A DNA stretch of 42,358 nucleotides from Alphaproteobacteria bacterium (GTDB taxonomy: Bacteria > Pseudomonadota > Alphaproteobacteria > JAGOMX01). The stretch covers positions 1-42,358 of the forward strand of contig JBMYXZ010000003.1 of NCBI GenBank assembly GCA_049608925.1, read 5' to 3'. The notes beneath the pieces are model-generated. The model saw only the letters and a list, made by a program, of their open reading frames with translations. It was not told where the DNA came from and made no database searches. The translations under genes and the position numbers were made by a program. Below, piece after piece: positions 9,316 through 19,199 of the stretch (the stretch's first letter is position 1; each line of letters opens with the position of its first letter).

Positions 9316-9840
9316 TTATCCTCTTTCCGTCAATCCCGTAACCCAGCTAACAATTGTCTCTTTTTCCCAGTTTTCTGGACCTAAAGCGCGGCCAATTTCC
9401 TTTCCTTCAGGATCAAAGAATACTGTGGTGGGCATACCGCGCACACCCAGTGAGCCAGAAAAAACCATGTTGGGAGACAAGTATATGGGCAAATCTATAT
9501 CATTGGCCTGGTAATAAGCAGACACAGCCTCAACGCCTTTTTTATCAATAGAAACCGCCAAGACTTCAACCGGTAAGTCTTTCACTATGTCAGCAAAGGC
9601 CGCAAATGACTTCATTTCGCTGGTACAGGCTTTACACCAAGTAGCCCAAATATTCACCACAACGAACTTGCCGCGGTATTCATCAAGGGTATGAGGGTTG
9701 CCGTCAGCATCATAAAAAGCCTGCTGAGAGGGCATATCCCCTGACGCCGGGACAAAACGCTTAAACGGTTCTGCTGCGAACGCAGACTGTATGATGCTTA
9801 CGCTAAGACCTACAAGTAATGCGGCTAAAATACGCTTCAT
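9316..9840 (-). CDS. TlpA-like periplasmic thiol:disulfide oxidoreductase (redoxin family)
   Basis: Signal peptide MKRILAALLVGLSVSIIQSAFA and thioredoxin-fold active site WATWCKAC. Confidence 0.85.
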   Translation of the reverse strand: MKRILAALLVGLSVSIIQSAFAAEPFKRFVPASGDMPSQQAFYDADGNPHTLDEYRGKFVVVNIWATWCKACTSEMKSFAAFADIVKDLPVEVLAVSIDKKGVEAVSAYYQANDIDLPIYLSPNMVFSGSLGVRGMPTTVFFDPEGKEIGRALGPENWEKETIVSWVTGLTERG

Positions 9841-9924
9841 GATTGTAACCTGCTTAAAATATTGCTAGCTTATGATTCTTATTGAAGATAAAGGATTTTC
9901 ATTAAATTGAAAGAGAAAATTGGC

Positions 9925-10062
9925 ATGCAAAATGTATTAAGCATAGGATTGATTTTAACAGCTGCCCTAGCGCTGGCAGGATGTGGGAAAACGGCCTTTC
10001 CCGACACGCCAAAAGATACACCCGACACATCTGAGCAATTTTATCCTGCAGATGAAGAATAG
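9925..10062 (+). CDS. Small (45 aa) putative lipoprotein, below the ORF-track size cut-off
   Basis: My translation is MQNVLSIGLILTAALALAGCGKTAFPDTPKDTPDTSEQFYPADEE*. It has a lipobox (LAGC) after a hydrophobic h-region. The Shine-Dalgarno is weak. Confidence 0.45.
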   Translation: MQNVLSIGLILTAALALAGCGKTAFPDTPKDTPDTSEQFYPADEE

Positions 10063-10063
10063 G

Positions 10064-10717
10064 TTAAGCAACCACAGAAAGTTTTGGTGATTCAGGCCTG
10101 GCAGCAGTACTTTTCAGGCCTTCTGCAAGTGACTTTACCAGCATTGTGATATAGCGTTCTTGCGCGGCGGCCGAATCGCCCCCCAAAAAGCCATCATATT
10201 TCATCAAAAATGGGCTGGTCGTCGCCGACATAATGTAAAACAGAATATCGTGCGGATCTTGGGAAGCATCGATATGCCCGCGATTTTGAAAATCACGAAT
10301 CACATCTGTCCAAGCCGAGGCAATACGCGAGCCACGGCGCGGTCCAAGTGAGAACTCTTTATTTCCGTCCTCAATACATTGCCACATCATCAGCTTTATA
10401 AGATCTGGATTATCGCGATAAAACTGAAAGCGGATGCGCATAACATATGACAAGAATGACTCAAGGGAATCCAGCGGCGCCTGCTTTAATATGTCCGGAG
10501 CCGTCGACGCCTGCAGAATATTCATTTTGACTTGCTTCCACAGGCCATCTTTGCTGCCAAAATGATGATAGATAAGGCTTTTACTGGTTTTTGCCAATTT
10601 TGCAATATCGTTTATCGAGGTGCCCGCAAAGCCAGTATTGATGAAGCTCTTGCGCGCAGCTTGCAGGATTTTATCTTGGGTAGTGGCTTGTTTATTTTTA
10701 TTTTTGTCAGCCAGCAT
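10064..10717 (-). CDS. TetR/AcrR family transcriptional regulator
   Basis: N-terminal HTH ILQAARKSFINTGFAGTSINDIAKLAKTSKSLIYHHFGSKDGLW. Confidence 0.85.
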   Translation of the reverse strand: MLADKNKNKQATTQDKILQAARKSFINTGFAGTSINDIAKLAKTSKSLIYHHFGSKDGLWKQVKMNILQASTAPDILKQAPLDSLESFLSYVMRIRFQFYRDNPDLIKLMMWQCIEDGNKEFSLGPRRGSRIASAWTDVIRDFQNRGHIDASQDPHDILFYIMSATTSPFLMKYDGFLGGDSAAAQERYITMLVKSLAEGLKSTAARPESPKLSVVA

Positions 10718-10836
10718 GCCGTTTCCTTGTCAATATTGTCATCTCTACACATATTTATACACCATTTTTTCCAATCAACACAACACCATTGACCTTCTTA
10801 GCAAACCTTTGTAAACCAATGATAAGGTACAAAATA

Positions 10837-10852
10837 CAAGAATATATTCATG
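10837..10852. promoter_or_regulatory. Near-perfect 16-bp palindrome CAAGAATATATTCATG overlapping the ribokinase start codon; candidate operator
   Basis: 14 of 16 positions are symmetric, with a perfect GAATATATTC core. It lies in the tetR/ribokinase divergent region. Confidence 0.3.
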
Positions 10853-11758
10853 ATCATAAATTTCGGCTCCATCAATATCGATATGGTCTTTCAAATCGAT
10901 ACCATGCCCACGCCTGGCGAGACTATTTTATGCCCAGGGTACGAGGTTTTCCCTGGAGGCAAGGGCGCCAACCAAGCCATTGCTGCGGCGCGCGCCGGTG
11001 CCGACGTGACAATGGTAGGGGCCGTTGGCCAAGGAGAATTTGGCTCGATCGCGATGAAGTCTCTTAGCGATTCGAACGTTCACATTGATGCTGTCCGGAT
11101 ATTAGACGACGTGCCGACAGGCTGCGCCACCATCTGTGTCGATTCAAAGGGCGAGAATATGATCACGGTTGCCAGCGGTGCAAATCTACATATTTCAGCT
11201 GACAACATGCCAGCAGAGCTTGCTACAGAAGACAATACGCTTTTGCTGCAGATGGAAACACCTGCTGGCGAAAACTGGAAGCTGATCGAGCGGTGGCCTG
11301 GTCGGGTAATTGTCAATCTTGCGCCCGCAAACCCCATCCCTGAAGAAGCTCTACGCAAAATCTCTCTATTGATCATGAATGAAGGTGAAGCAGAGGCGCT
11401 GGCCAACCATCTTAACTGTAGCCCTTCTGATTTGCCGCAATACCTACAAGATCATTATGGGACTGATTCAATTATCACAATGGGGGCTAAAGGCAGTATT
11501 GCCTATACATCCCATGGGTCCTGGCATGTCCCAGCACTCGTCATCGAAGCAATAGACACCACTGCAGCAGGCGATGCGTTTGTAGGCGTGCTCGCCGCCC
11601 AAATCGATGATGGTTACACTATCGAAGAAGCATTACAATTTGCGGCGGTAGCCAGCGGGCTTGCCTGCACAAAGGTAGGTGCCCAGCCAAGCCTGCCTAT
11701 TCGACCTGAAATTGAGGCGAACCTGTCAAGGTTAGACCCGTTGCGACAGGTGGCTTAA
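10850..11758 (+). CDS. rbsK: Ribokinase (PfkB family)
   Basis: N-terminal FGSINIDMV, GGKGANQA, and C-terminal DTTAAGDAFVG anion-hole/catalytic motif. Confidence 0.85.
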   Translation: MIINFGSINIDMVFQIDTMPTPGETILCPGYEVFPGGKGANQAIAAARAGADVTMVGAVGQGEFGSIAMKSLSDSNVHIDAVRILDDVPTGCATICVDSKGENMITVASGANLHISADNMPAELATEDNTLLLQMETPAGENWKLIERWPGRVIVNLAPANPIPEEALRKISLLIMNEGEAEALANHLNCSPSDLPQYLQDHYGTDSIITMGAKGSIAYTSHGSWHVPALVIEAIDTTAAGDAFVGVLAAQIDDGYTIEEALQFAAVASGLACTKVGAQPSLPIRPEIEANLSRLDPLRQVA

Positions 11759-12385
11759 GGAATAGCTACCAAGCCCCAAAGACAACGGTATAACAAACAG
11801 CAAATGTGCCAGTTGCAGGACGGATGATACACAGGCATACCCCCCTTCCAGGGCGGTAGCAACACCACAGCCGAAAACGATTGCCGGGATGCAAAGCGGG
11901 AACAGCACCAAGCCCGTCAATATCTGTGAAGCCTTTGCCTGCACAAGCAAGCATTGCACCAGCACCGACAAAAAGCATATTGCAAGTGTTCCCACAGCAA
12001 AGCTAAGCGCCAAAAAAGCGACATAGTCTTTCTGCAACGACGTTAGCCACACAATGACTACTATCGGCAAGCCTGAAAGAGCCCAACATGCAATCGTTCT
12101 TGAGGCCAACAACAGGGCCATAGATGCCCCCAGAGATTTATAGCGATCAAGCGTACCGTCTTGCACATCCCGCAGAATTAAACCATCCGTGGCTAGCAAC
12201 ATCGCAAATAAAGCAATCGCCCATTCATAAAGATTTTCTACAGCTGGCGGCACGCCTCCCACCGCCGATAACGTCAGGGGCAATATGCCGTAAGCAACTG
12301 CGAAAAAAGTCAGGACAAGTAATGCTTCCTGACCTCGCTGCAGGCTTTGCCTGATTTCAAAGGCTAGCAGTGACCACACTGGCAT
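11732..12385 (-). CDS. ccmB: Heme exporter protein CcmB
   Basis: Polytopic membrane protein directly downstream of ccmA. I prefer the start at MPVWSLLAFEIRQSLQRG (12385) over the longest ORF (12421), but the start is uncertain. Confidence 0.75.
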   Translation of the reverse strand: MPVWSLLAFEIRQSLQRGQEALLVLTFFAVAYGILPLTLSAVGGVPPAVENLYEWAIALFAMLLATDGLILRDVQDGTLDRYKSLGASMALLLASRTIACWALSGLPIVVIVWLTSLQKDYVAFLALSFAVGTLAICFLSVLVQCLLVQAKASQILTGLVLFPLCIPAIVFGCGVATALEGGYACVSSVLQLAHLLFVIPLSLGLGSYSLSHLSQRV

Positions 12386-12968
12386 GAGGTGCGTACTCCT
12401 GAAGATCAAGCTGATTATCAAACATCTGTGCGTGCGCAGCTAGAATCAAAACGCCTGGATGAGATGTCAACGTTTTGAGCAGTAAGTCCTGGCCAGCTTG
12501 GTCTAAACCATGAGAGGTCTCATCAAGCACCCAGATATCCTTGCTACCGCATTCCAATAGCACTAGCTGCACGCGGCGCTGCTGGCCCAGGGACAGCTGA
12601 CCAATTTCAATATCTTCCAGGCCGGCTACACCCCATTTTTGCATAGCAGCAGGCAAGTCAGCCATATTACCTTTCAGGGCGCACCACCAGTGCTGAAGAT
12701 TCGCCCCAACACTTAACATAGGCTTTAAGGCTGTACGATGATCAAGATAGAGCAAACTGTCGCGTTTCCAAGGCTTTTCGTCTATCAGAACATCGCCATC
12801 AGAAAAAGCATGCAGACCAGCAATCCCACGTAGCAGAGTTGACTTTCCGCACCCATTCGGACCCGTGACTTGTAAGGGCTGACCCGCGGTCACATCAAAT
12901 GATAGACCTGCAAATATCAATTGATTACCTTGATAGGCGGATAGGTCTTTACCTTTTAGAACGCTCAT
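12357..12968 (-). CDS. ccmA: Cytochrome c biogenesis heme-exporting ABC ATPase CcmA
   Basis: Walker A GPNGCGKSTLLR, signature LSLGQQRR, Walker B IWVLDE, about 200 aa, followed by ccmB. Confidence 0.85.
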   Translation of the reverse strand: MSVLKGKDLSAYQGNQLIFAGLSFDVTAGQPLQVTGPNGCGKSTLLRGIAGLHAFSDGDVLIDEKPWKRDSLLYLDHRTALKPMLSVGANLQHWWCALKGNMADLPAAMQKWGVAGLEDIEIGQLSLGQQRRVQLVLLECGSKDIWVLDETSHGLDQAGQDLLLKTLTSHPGVLILAAHAQMFDNQLDLQEYAPHASVVTASL

Positions 12969-13873
12969 CGTGCAACTCTTTTACCATTTGCGTCCCAGCG
13001 GACTGGATCTTGGTGGATAAGCACGTCAGCATCAGGAAAATCCTCTAAGATCATCGCCTCGACTTCATCGGCTATACGATGAGCTTCGTCTAAGGTTATA
13101 TGCCCATCAAGCTCGAGGTGAAGCTGCACAAAATCTCTTAGACCAGAAGACCGTGTGCGGAACTCATGTATCCCCCGTACGTCTTTATGCGACAAAGATA
13201 TATCTCGAACTTTATTTCGAATACTATCAGGCAGCTCACGGTCCATCAGGATATCCAAGGCTTCACGAACAATTGTCCAAGCTGTGTAGAGGATATATAG
13301 TGCAATTCCGCCACCGACCAGGGGGTCAATCCAGAAAACACCCGTCCACTGTGTCAGCAGCAACGATACAATGACACCGCCGTTGATTAAAAAGTCGCTG
13401 CGATAATGGACCGAGTCAGCTTTAATCGCAGCAGATCGCGTACGTTTGACCACATAAGTTTGGAACATGATCAAGCCCAGCGTGACAAGCATGGACAAGG
13501 CCATAACAGCTATGCCAATTCCTGTCTCTTGAATGATTACGGGGGCAAATAATCTTTGTGAAGCCTCGTATACCAACCATACAGCAGATCCTGCAATAAA
13601 GACTGATTGGCCAAGGGCTGCAATGCCTTCGGCTTTTCCATAGCCAAAGCGATGCTGGCTATCAGGCGGGCGCTGTGCATGGCGCACCGCAAACATATTC
13701 ACTATCGAAGCAGCCGCGTCTAATAGAGAATCAATTAGCGTTGCTTGCAAGCTGACAGAATTAGAGATCCACCATGCATAAAACTTTACGCCAATCAGCA
13801 GCAACGCAACCGATACAGAAGCATAAGTTGCGTAGCGTACGAGAGCTCCGTCATAAGTCGAGCGGTGGGTCAT
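12965..13873 (-). CDS. Cation diffusion facilitator (CDF) family metal efflux transporter
   Basis: Six predicted TM segments, DSLLDAA and HYRSD motifs, and a C-terminal cytoplasmic domain. The stop overlaps the ccmA start by 4 nt. Confidence 0.85.
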   Translation of the reverse strand: MTHRSTYDGALVRYATYASVSVALLLIGVKFYAWWISNSVSLQATLIDSLLDAAASIVNMFAVRHAQRPPDSQHRFGYGKAEGIAALGQSVFIAGSAVWLVYEASQRLFAPVIIQETGIGIAVMALSMLVTLGLIMFQTYVVKRTRSAAIKADSVHYRSDFLINGGVIVSLLLTQWTGVFWIDPLVGGGIALYILYTAWTIVREALDILMDRELPDSIRNKVRDISLSHKDVRGIHEFRTRSSGLRDFVQLHLELDGHITLDEAHRIADEVEAMILEDFPDADVLIHQDPVRWDANGKRVAR

Positions 13874-13879
13874 ATCCCC

Positions 13880-16699
13880 CTATCCTGTTTGTTGCGCTTG
13901 TGACGTTGCAGATACAACACCCGCACACCTTCCACAAACCTCCCAGTTTTCAGCATTGCTGCCAACTTCATCGAGTATTTTCCAGCAACGCTGGCATTTA
14001 TCACCCGATGCTACCGCCACAATAACACCTATTTCTTCATCTGCATACGCATCTGCGGGAATATCTTTTTCCATGAACGCAACACCAGATGTGATTGCAA
14101 TATCATCCCACTTTAGATCACGCGGAATCACCCCTTTGGGATCGAAAACCTGCAAGGTTGCCTGCAGACTCGAGCGAATCATATCGTCTTTACGGGCGCG
14201 CTCCAAAGCTGTCGTCATCACCTGTCGATATTTACGGATAGTCTCGATCCGTTGATCCAAATCATTGTTAAGCCATCCGGACGTAATTTCTGGGAAAGTC
14301 TCCAGATGAATGTTCGAAGCTTCTTCACCATAGCGATTGGTCCAGGCTTCATCTGCCGTAAAGCACAACACCGGTGCAATCCATTTTGTCAGTGCTTTAA
14401 ACACATGATCAAAAACCGTTCGCATAGAGCGACGCGTCATATCATCAGGCGCATCACAGTACAAAACGTCCTTGCGTATATCGAAATAAAACGCAGATAA
14501 GTCTACTGAGCAAAAACGATGGAGCTCGGCAAACCATTGCTGGAAGTTATAGTCATCCAAACAACCCCGCATCATTTGATCAAGCGCCGCCAGCCTATGC
14601 AGAACCCATTGTTCAAGCTCGGGCATATCAGCTGTATTTTCCACGCGCTCAGCCTCGGTAAAGTCACTAAGACCACCCAGCAAATAGCGCAACGTATTGC
14701 GGAACCGTCGATAGGTATCTTTCTGATAGTCCAAGCGTTCTTTGGCAATACGGACGTCCTGCGTAAAGTCTGAAGAAGACACCCACAAACGCAGCATCTC
14801 AATGCCCATCTCGTTTGCCACTTCGATAGGCGAGACCACGTTGCCCAAAGACTTAGACATCTTGCGCCCTTGATCATCCAACACATATCCATGAGTCAGA
14901 ACTGTTTTGTATGGCGAGGCGCCACGTGTGCCACAAGCTTCCAACAAGGATGTCTGGAACCAACCGCGATGCTGGTCAGATCCTTCAAGATAAAGATCTG
15001 CCGGCCACGTCAGCCCCTCGGTTTCCTCTAGCACAAAAACATGGCTAGAGCCCGCATCAAACCACACGTCAACGATATCCGTGACTTGCGTAAAGTCTTC
15101 CGGGTTATACTCTGGCGCCAAGAAACGCTCGGGCTTGCTGGTAAACCAGGTGTCTGTGCCCTCTTCTGCAACTGCGTCCACAATGCGCTGCATAACTTTT
15201 TCATCGCGCAAAGGCTCGCCAGTTTCTTTGTTCAAAAAGATTGGCAGCGGTGTCCCCCAGGCGCGCTGGCGGGAAATACACCAGTCAGGGCGATCTCGAA
15301 CCATAGAATCAATGCGACGCTGGCCAGAAGCAGGAACCCAACGCACTAATTCAATTTCCTTCAGAGCCTTCTTGCGCAGATCATTGTTTTCCATCGAAAT
15401 AAACCATTGTGGTGTCGTGCGGTAAATCAACGGTGCTTTCGAGCGCCAAGAACATGGATAGCTATGGGTGATGCGACCTGCATTCAATAAATTGCCAGAC
15501 TCTTGTAAAGCATCAATGACTGGCTGCGTTACTTTGAAGATGTGCGTGCCAGCAAATAACGGCACTGAGTCATAATACACGCCCTTAGCATCAACCGTCT
15601 TGGGAGGATGAATGCCGTGCTTTTGTCCCAAATAAAAGTCATCCACACCGTGACCGGTTGCACAGTGCACAAGCCCCGTACCAGCTTCTGTGGTTACATG
15701 ATCACCCGGATGCAGCGGCACATCATGATCATATCCACTGGCATGCAGGGGATGCTGACAGACCGTACCGGCTAATTGCTTGCCAGAAAACTTTTCCACA
15801 ACTGTGTGGCGTACAATTTTCGCGGCTTGCAAAATGCCTTCACACAATTCTTCTGCCACTAAGATTTTGTCACCAACTTGGGCGATGGACTCGCTACCCA
15901 CTTCATCGATCTGCAGCAGGACGTAATCAATCGTCTCGCTAAACGCAATCAATTGGTTTGCCGGAATTGTCCAAGCTGTTGTCGTCCATATAACCGCGAA
16001 TGCTCCCTCTAAGGCATTTACAGGAGAACGCGCAACAGGGAATTTTATGTACAAAGATGGGGACTCGTGATCCTTGTATTCAACTTCCGCTTCGGCCAAA
16101 GCAGTCTGTTCCACCACAGACCACATAACTGGCTTTTCTCCCAGGACTAGGGAGCCATTCATCAAGAATTTTCCAAGCTCGCGCACGATTGTGGCTTCTG
16201 CTTTGTGCGACATGGTCATGTAAGGATTATCCCAATCGGCCATGACTCCCAGCCTTTGGAACTCTTCACGCTGAACACCCACCCAATGCGTGGCAAAGTC
16301 ACGGCACTCTTGGCGGAATTCGATCATTGGCACATCTTCTTTTGATTTACCTGCCTTGCGATATTTTTCTTCGATTTTCCACTCGATCGGCAAACCGTGG
16401 CAATCCCATCCGGGAATGTAGTTAATCTGCTTGCCCAGCATGTGCTGGGATCGGTTGACAATGTCCTTAAGGATTTTATTCAAGCCCGTTCCAATGTGAA
16501 TTGGACCATTAGCGTATGGCGGGCCATCATGCAAAATAAACGGCTCGCAGCCTTCACGTGCTTGGCGCATTTTTTGGTACAGACCAATCTGCTGCCATTT
16601 CTTTAATATTTCAGGCTCTTTATTCGCCAAATTGGCGCGCATTGAAAAAGGTGTCTTTGGTAAAAATACCGTATCCTTAAAATCCACAGACATTTTCAT
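13880..16699 (-). CDS. ileS: Isoleucine--tRNA ligase
   Basis: Class I HIGH region (PPYANGPIHIGT), KMSKS, an editing-domain-sized insertion, and a C-terminal Zn-finger cysteine pair CQRCW...CGRC. Confidence 0.95.
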   Translation of the reverse strand: MKMSVDFKDTVFLPKTPFSMRANLANKEPEILKKWQQIGLYQKMRQAREGCEPFILHDGPPYANGPIHIGTGLNKILKDIVNRSQHMLGKQINYIPGWDCHGLPIEWKIEEKYRKAGKSKEDVPMIEFRQECRDFATHWVGVQREEFQRLGVMADWDNPYMTMSHKAEATIVRELGKFLMNGSLVLGEKPVMWSVVEQTALAEAEVEYKDHESPSLYIKFPVARSPVNALEGAFAVIWTTTAWTIPANQLIAFSETIDYVLLQIDEVGSESIAQVGDKILVAEELCEGILQAAKIVRHTVVEKFSGKQLAGTVCQHPLHASGYDHDVPLHPGDHVTTEAGTGLVHCATGHGVDDFYLGQKHGIHPPKTVDAKGVYYDSVPLFAGTHIFKVTQPVIDALQESGNLLNAGRITHSYPCSWRSKAPLIYRTTPQWFISMENNDLRKKALKEIELVRWVPASGQRRIDSMVRDRPDWCISRQRAWGTPLPIFLNKETGEPLRDEKVMQRIVDAVAEEGTDTWFTSKPERFLAPEYNPEDFTQVTDIVDVWFDAGSSHVFVLEETEGLTWPADLYLEGSDQHRGWFQTSLLEACGTRGASPYKTVLTHGYVLDDQGRKMSKSLGNVVSPIEVANEMGIEMLRLWVSSSDFTQDVRIAKERLDYQKDTYRRFRNTLRYLLGGLSDFTEAERVENTADMPELEQWVLHRLAALDQMMRGCLDDYNFQQWFAELHRFCSVDLSAFYFDIRKDVLYCDAPDDMTRRSMRTVFDHVFKALTKWIAPVLCFTADEAWTNRYGEEASNIHLETFPEITSGWLNNDLDQRIETIRKYRQVMTTALERARKDDMIRSSLQATLQVFDPKGVIPRDLKWDDIAITSGVAFMEKDIPADAYADEEIGVIVAVASGDKCQRCWKILDEVGSNAENWEVCGRCAGVVSATSQAQQTG

Positions 16700-16838
16700 T
16701 GAATCCTTAAATCTAGATTACGTACTTAAATCTCGCCTAGATTAACATAGTTTCCCGGGGAAAGCAGCATGGATCTTGATTCTTTGTGGGGGTATGATAT
16801 ATTTAGTCTCTTGTTTAGTGGTTAACTTGAGGGCACCA

Positions 16839-17318
16839 ATGGTTACAGAGAAAATACCAATTACAAATACAGGGTTTGAAAAACTTGAAGCAGAACTGCG
16901 TCAATTGAAGACAGTGGAACGCCCTAATGTTATACAAGCAATTGCCGAAGCACGTGCGCACGGCGACTTATCAGAGAACGCTGAGTACCACGCCGCTCGT
17001 GAGCGTCAAGGCTTTATAGAAGGTCGCATTGCCGAGCTTGAGAACAAAATCCCGCGCATGGATGTTTATAATCCTGTCGAGATGTCAGGTGAAAAAGCCG
17101 TCTTTGGTGCCACGATCACTGTATACGAGGAAGAAAGCGACAGCGAAAAAACCTATCAAATCGTCGGTGCTGATGAATCAGATATCGAAAGCGGCAAGCT
17201 TTCTATTTCTTCACCCATGGCCCGCGCCCTAATTGGCAAAGAAACCGGTGATGAAGCGGAAGTAAAAACCCCAAATGGCCCTCGCCACTATGAAGTCGTC
17301 AGCATTGAATTCAAATGA
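16839..17318 (+). CDS. greA: Transcription elongation factor GreA
   Basis: [24 protein letters not shown]...[25 protein letters not shown] Shine-Dalgarno lies 5 nt upstream of the ATG at 16839. The ORF-track start at 16776 adds an implausible extension. Confidence 0.9.
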   Translation: MVTEKIPITNTGFEKLEAELRQLKTVERPNVIQAIAEARAHGDLSENAEYHAARERQGFIEGRIAELENKIPRMDVYNPVEMSGEKAVFGATITVYEEESDSEKTYQIVGADESDIESGKLSISSPMARALIGKETGDEAEVKTPNGPRHYEVVSIEFK

Positions 17319-18267
17319 TTGCTGGGCAGTATACGACAAAGGCAAGGTCGGAACCGGCAACCAATGCCGTGGCCTTGCTAAGATTTTGGGATATGACCCC
17401 AAAGTTATCGAAATATCTACTGTTGCTCCTTGGCGCTATCTACCACCACAGCTGTGGTTTCAAGCTTTAAAAGGGGTGGTAGATGAAAATGGCCATACCC
17501 TTAAAGCCCCCTGGCCCAAGATGATTATTGCAGCTGGCCGCGCCAGCGTTGCCCCAACTGCTGCGATTCGCAAACTAACGGGTGGCAGCACCAAAGTTAT
17601 CCAACTTCAAGACCCAAAGATTAACCCAAATCACTTTGACGCCGTCGTTGCCCCAGCACATGACCTGACTAGCGGTGATAATGTAATCGTTACCAAAGGG
17701 GCTTTGCATCACCTAAGCAGAGCACATCTTGATGAAGCTGCACAGCACTGGCAAGCCATTGTTGGCGGCAATAGGCCATATGTCAGTCTGATAATTGGCG
17801 GCACCAGCAAAAGACACCGGCTGAATCCTGATATCATCCAGCAAATGGCAGATGAAATACTGCCTGCTGTAGAAGCCATCGGCGGCAGCCTGCTGATTGC
17901 GGTATCCCGTCGCACAGAATCTCATAACCGCGAAGCCATTCAATCCTGTTTTTCCGACAAGGCAGCTTATATTTGGACTGGCGAGGGGGAAAACCCCTAC
18001 ATGGGCCTGTTGGGCTTGGCTGATTATCTAATAGTCACGTCAGATTCTGTCTCTATGACGTCAGAGGCGTGCTTTACCGGCAAGCCGGTATATTCCTATC
18101 ACCTGCCTGGCGGCGGCAAGGTTTTCAAGCGCTTTCATACTTTGTTTGAAAAGGAAGGGTACACCAGACCTTTTCAAGGAAAGCTGGAGACTTGGCACTA
18201 CGAACCGCTCGATGAATTCGGCATGACAACCCAAAAACTAAAGAAAATCCTCACTAATTGTAAATAG
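17275..18267 (+). CDS. ELM1/DUF1022 family protein (mitochondrial-fission-ELM1-like putative glycosyltransferase)
   Basis: N-terminal [21 protein letters not shown] and PWRYLPP resemble the ELM1 family. The start is uncertain (17275, ATG at 17290 or TTG at 17305) because it overlaps the greA 3' end. Confidence 0.7.
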   Translation: MALATMKSSALNSNDCWAVYDKGKVGTGNQCRGLAKILGYDPKVIEISTVAPWRYLPPQLWFQALKGVVDENGHTLKAPWPKMIIAAGRASVAPTAAIRKLTGGSTKVIQLQDPKINPNHFDAVVAPAHDLTSGDNVIVTKGALHHLSRAHLDEAAQHWQAIVGGNRPYVSLIIGGTSKRHRLNPDIIQQMADEILPAVEAIGGSLLIAVSRRTESHNREAIQSCFSDKAAYIWTGEGENPYMGLLGLADYLIVTSDSVSMTSEACFTGKPVYSYHLPGGGKVFKRFHTLFEKEGYTRPFQGKLETWHYEPLDEFGMTTQKLKKILTNCK

Positions 18268-18323
18268 TTTCTTAAATACTAGTATTTAGTATCATTATAT
18301 GGAAACTTTGAAGGGTATCTTCT

Positions 18324-19199
18324 ATGTCATCAGCAGGGGATTTAGTGCAGACTCTGTCAACGAGCATGGGTGTCGTTGTCAATACCCCAAAAGTTGGCAA
18401 TCAAGACTTTGGCATAACAGTTGATACCCATGAGTTTGAATTCAAACACGATTTAGGCGAACTGTGCCTGATAATTCCGCGTCAATCGGAAAATAATCCG
18501 CAACAAGAATCATTTGATATGTTTTCTAAGCTGGTGCGAAAAATCACCCACGACATCAAAGGCCATCAAAGGCGCATCCTGTTATATACCGAGCTGCTAA
18601 ACCAAGGATCGGACCAACCTGACCCAGATGATTTAAAAGATACCATGGAAATCGTCACCAAGAATGCGTCCGAGACCAGCGAATTAATCACCAGCGTCAG
18701 TGATTACATAAAGCTTTTTGGTGAGCCTAAGTCGACTGAATCCATTGATATGCAAAATTTGTTTGATGAAATTCTTGATGATCTAGACGCCCATATCCAA
18801 AAGACCAAGGCCATTATTGAGTTCGGAGATTACCCTGGATCAATAGTTGGCGTGTACTCTGAAACCCGAGCACTGTTCATACAATTGCTGCGCAATGCCA
18901 TACTGCACAATGAAATCGACCCAAAAATTTTCATAAGCGGTGAAGTACAGAAAACGGGTTTTGAATTCACGATTACTGACGATGGCCCCGGAATTCCTGC
19001 AAATAATTACCAAAGAATTTTTGATCCGCTTGTCTCGACTTCTGACGTGAAGGACACATTGGGATTAGGACTTGCTTTAGTGAAGAAAATAATCGAACGC
19101 GCCAATGGCAAGCTTTGGATTGCCTCTGAAGAAGGCACTGGAACACAAATAAAAATATATTTACCATTTACCAGCATAGGAGAAGAAGATGGTAGCTAA
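18324..19199 (+). CDS. Soluble histidine kinase (HisKA + HATPase_c) with only about 75 aa N-terminal to the H-box
   Basis: H-box ITHDIKGHQRRILLYTELL, N-box LLRNAILHN, G-boxes DDGPGIP and GLGLALVKKI. No TM segment, and no room for a PAS or GAF domain. Confidence 0.85.
   Translation: MSSAGDLVQTLSTSMGVVVNTPKVGNQDFGITVDTHEFEFKHDLGELCLIIPRQSENNPQQESFDMFSKLVRKITHDIKGHQRRILLYTELLNQGSDQPDPDDLKDTMEIVTKNASETSELITSVSDYIKLFGEPKSTESIDMQNLFDEILDDLDAHIQKTKAIIEFGDYPGSIVGVYSETRALFIQLLRNAILHNEIDPKIFISGEVQKTGFEFTITDDGPGIPANNYQRIFDPLVSTSDVKDTLGLGLALVKKIIERANGKLWIASEEGTGTQIKIYLPFTSIGEEDGS

Noticed and set aside
8117-9341. Plus-strand ORFs 8117-8518, 8406-8591 and 8850-9341 inside the 646-aa gene
   Set aside because: They are antisense to a much longer ORF that has a good Shine-Dalgarno and tight operon packing. 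Their composition is Cys/His/Arg-rich and non-protein-like.
10789-11067. 92-aa plus-strand ORF overlapping the ribokinase 5' end in another frame
   Set aside because: The product is Arg/Trp/Cys-rich (an alternative frame of GC-richer coding DNA). The ribokinase frame has clear family motifs.
16776-16838. Longest-ORF N-terminal extensions of greA (16776), aroK (31798) and UDG (32438)
   Set aside because: The extensions are Cys/Phe/Tyr-rich or otherwise non-homologous-looking. Internal ATGs (16839, 31912, 32480) give canonical N-termini, and for greA a good Shine-Dalgarno.
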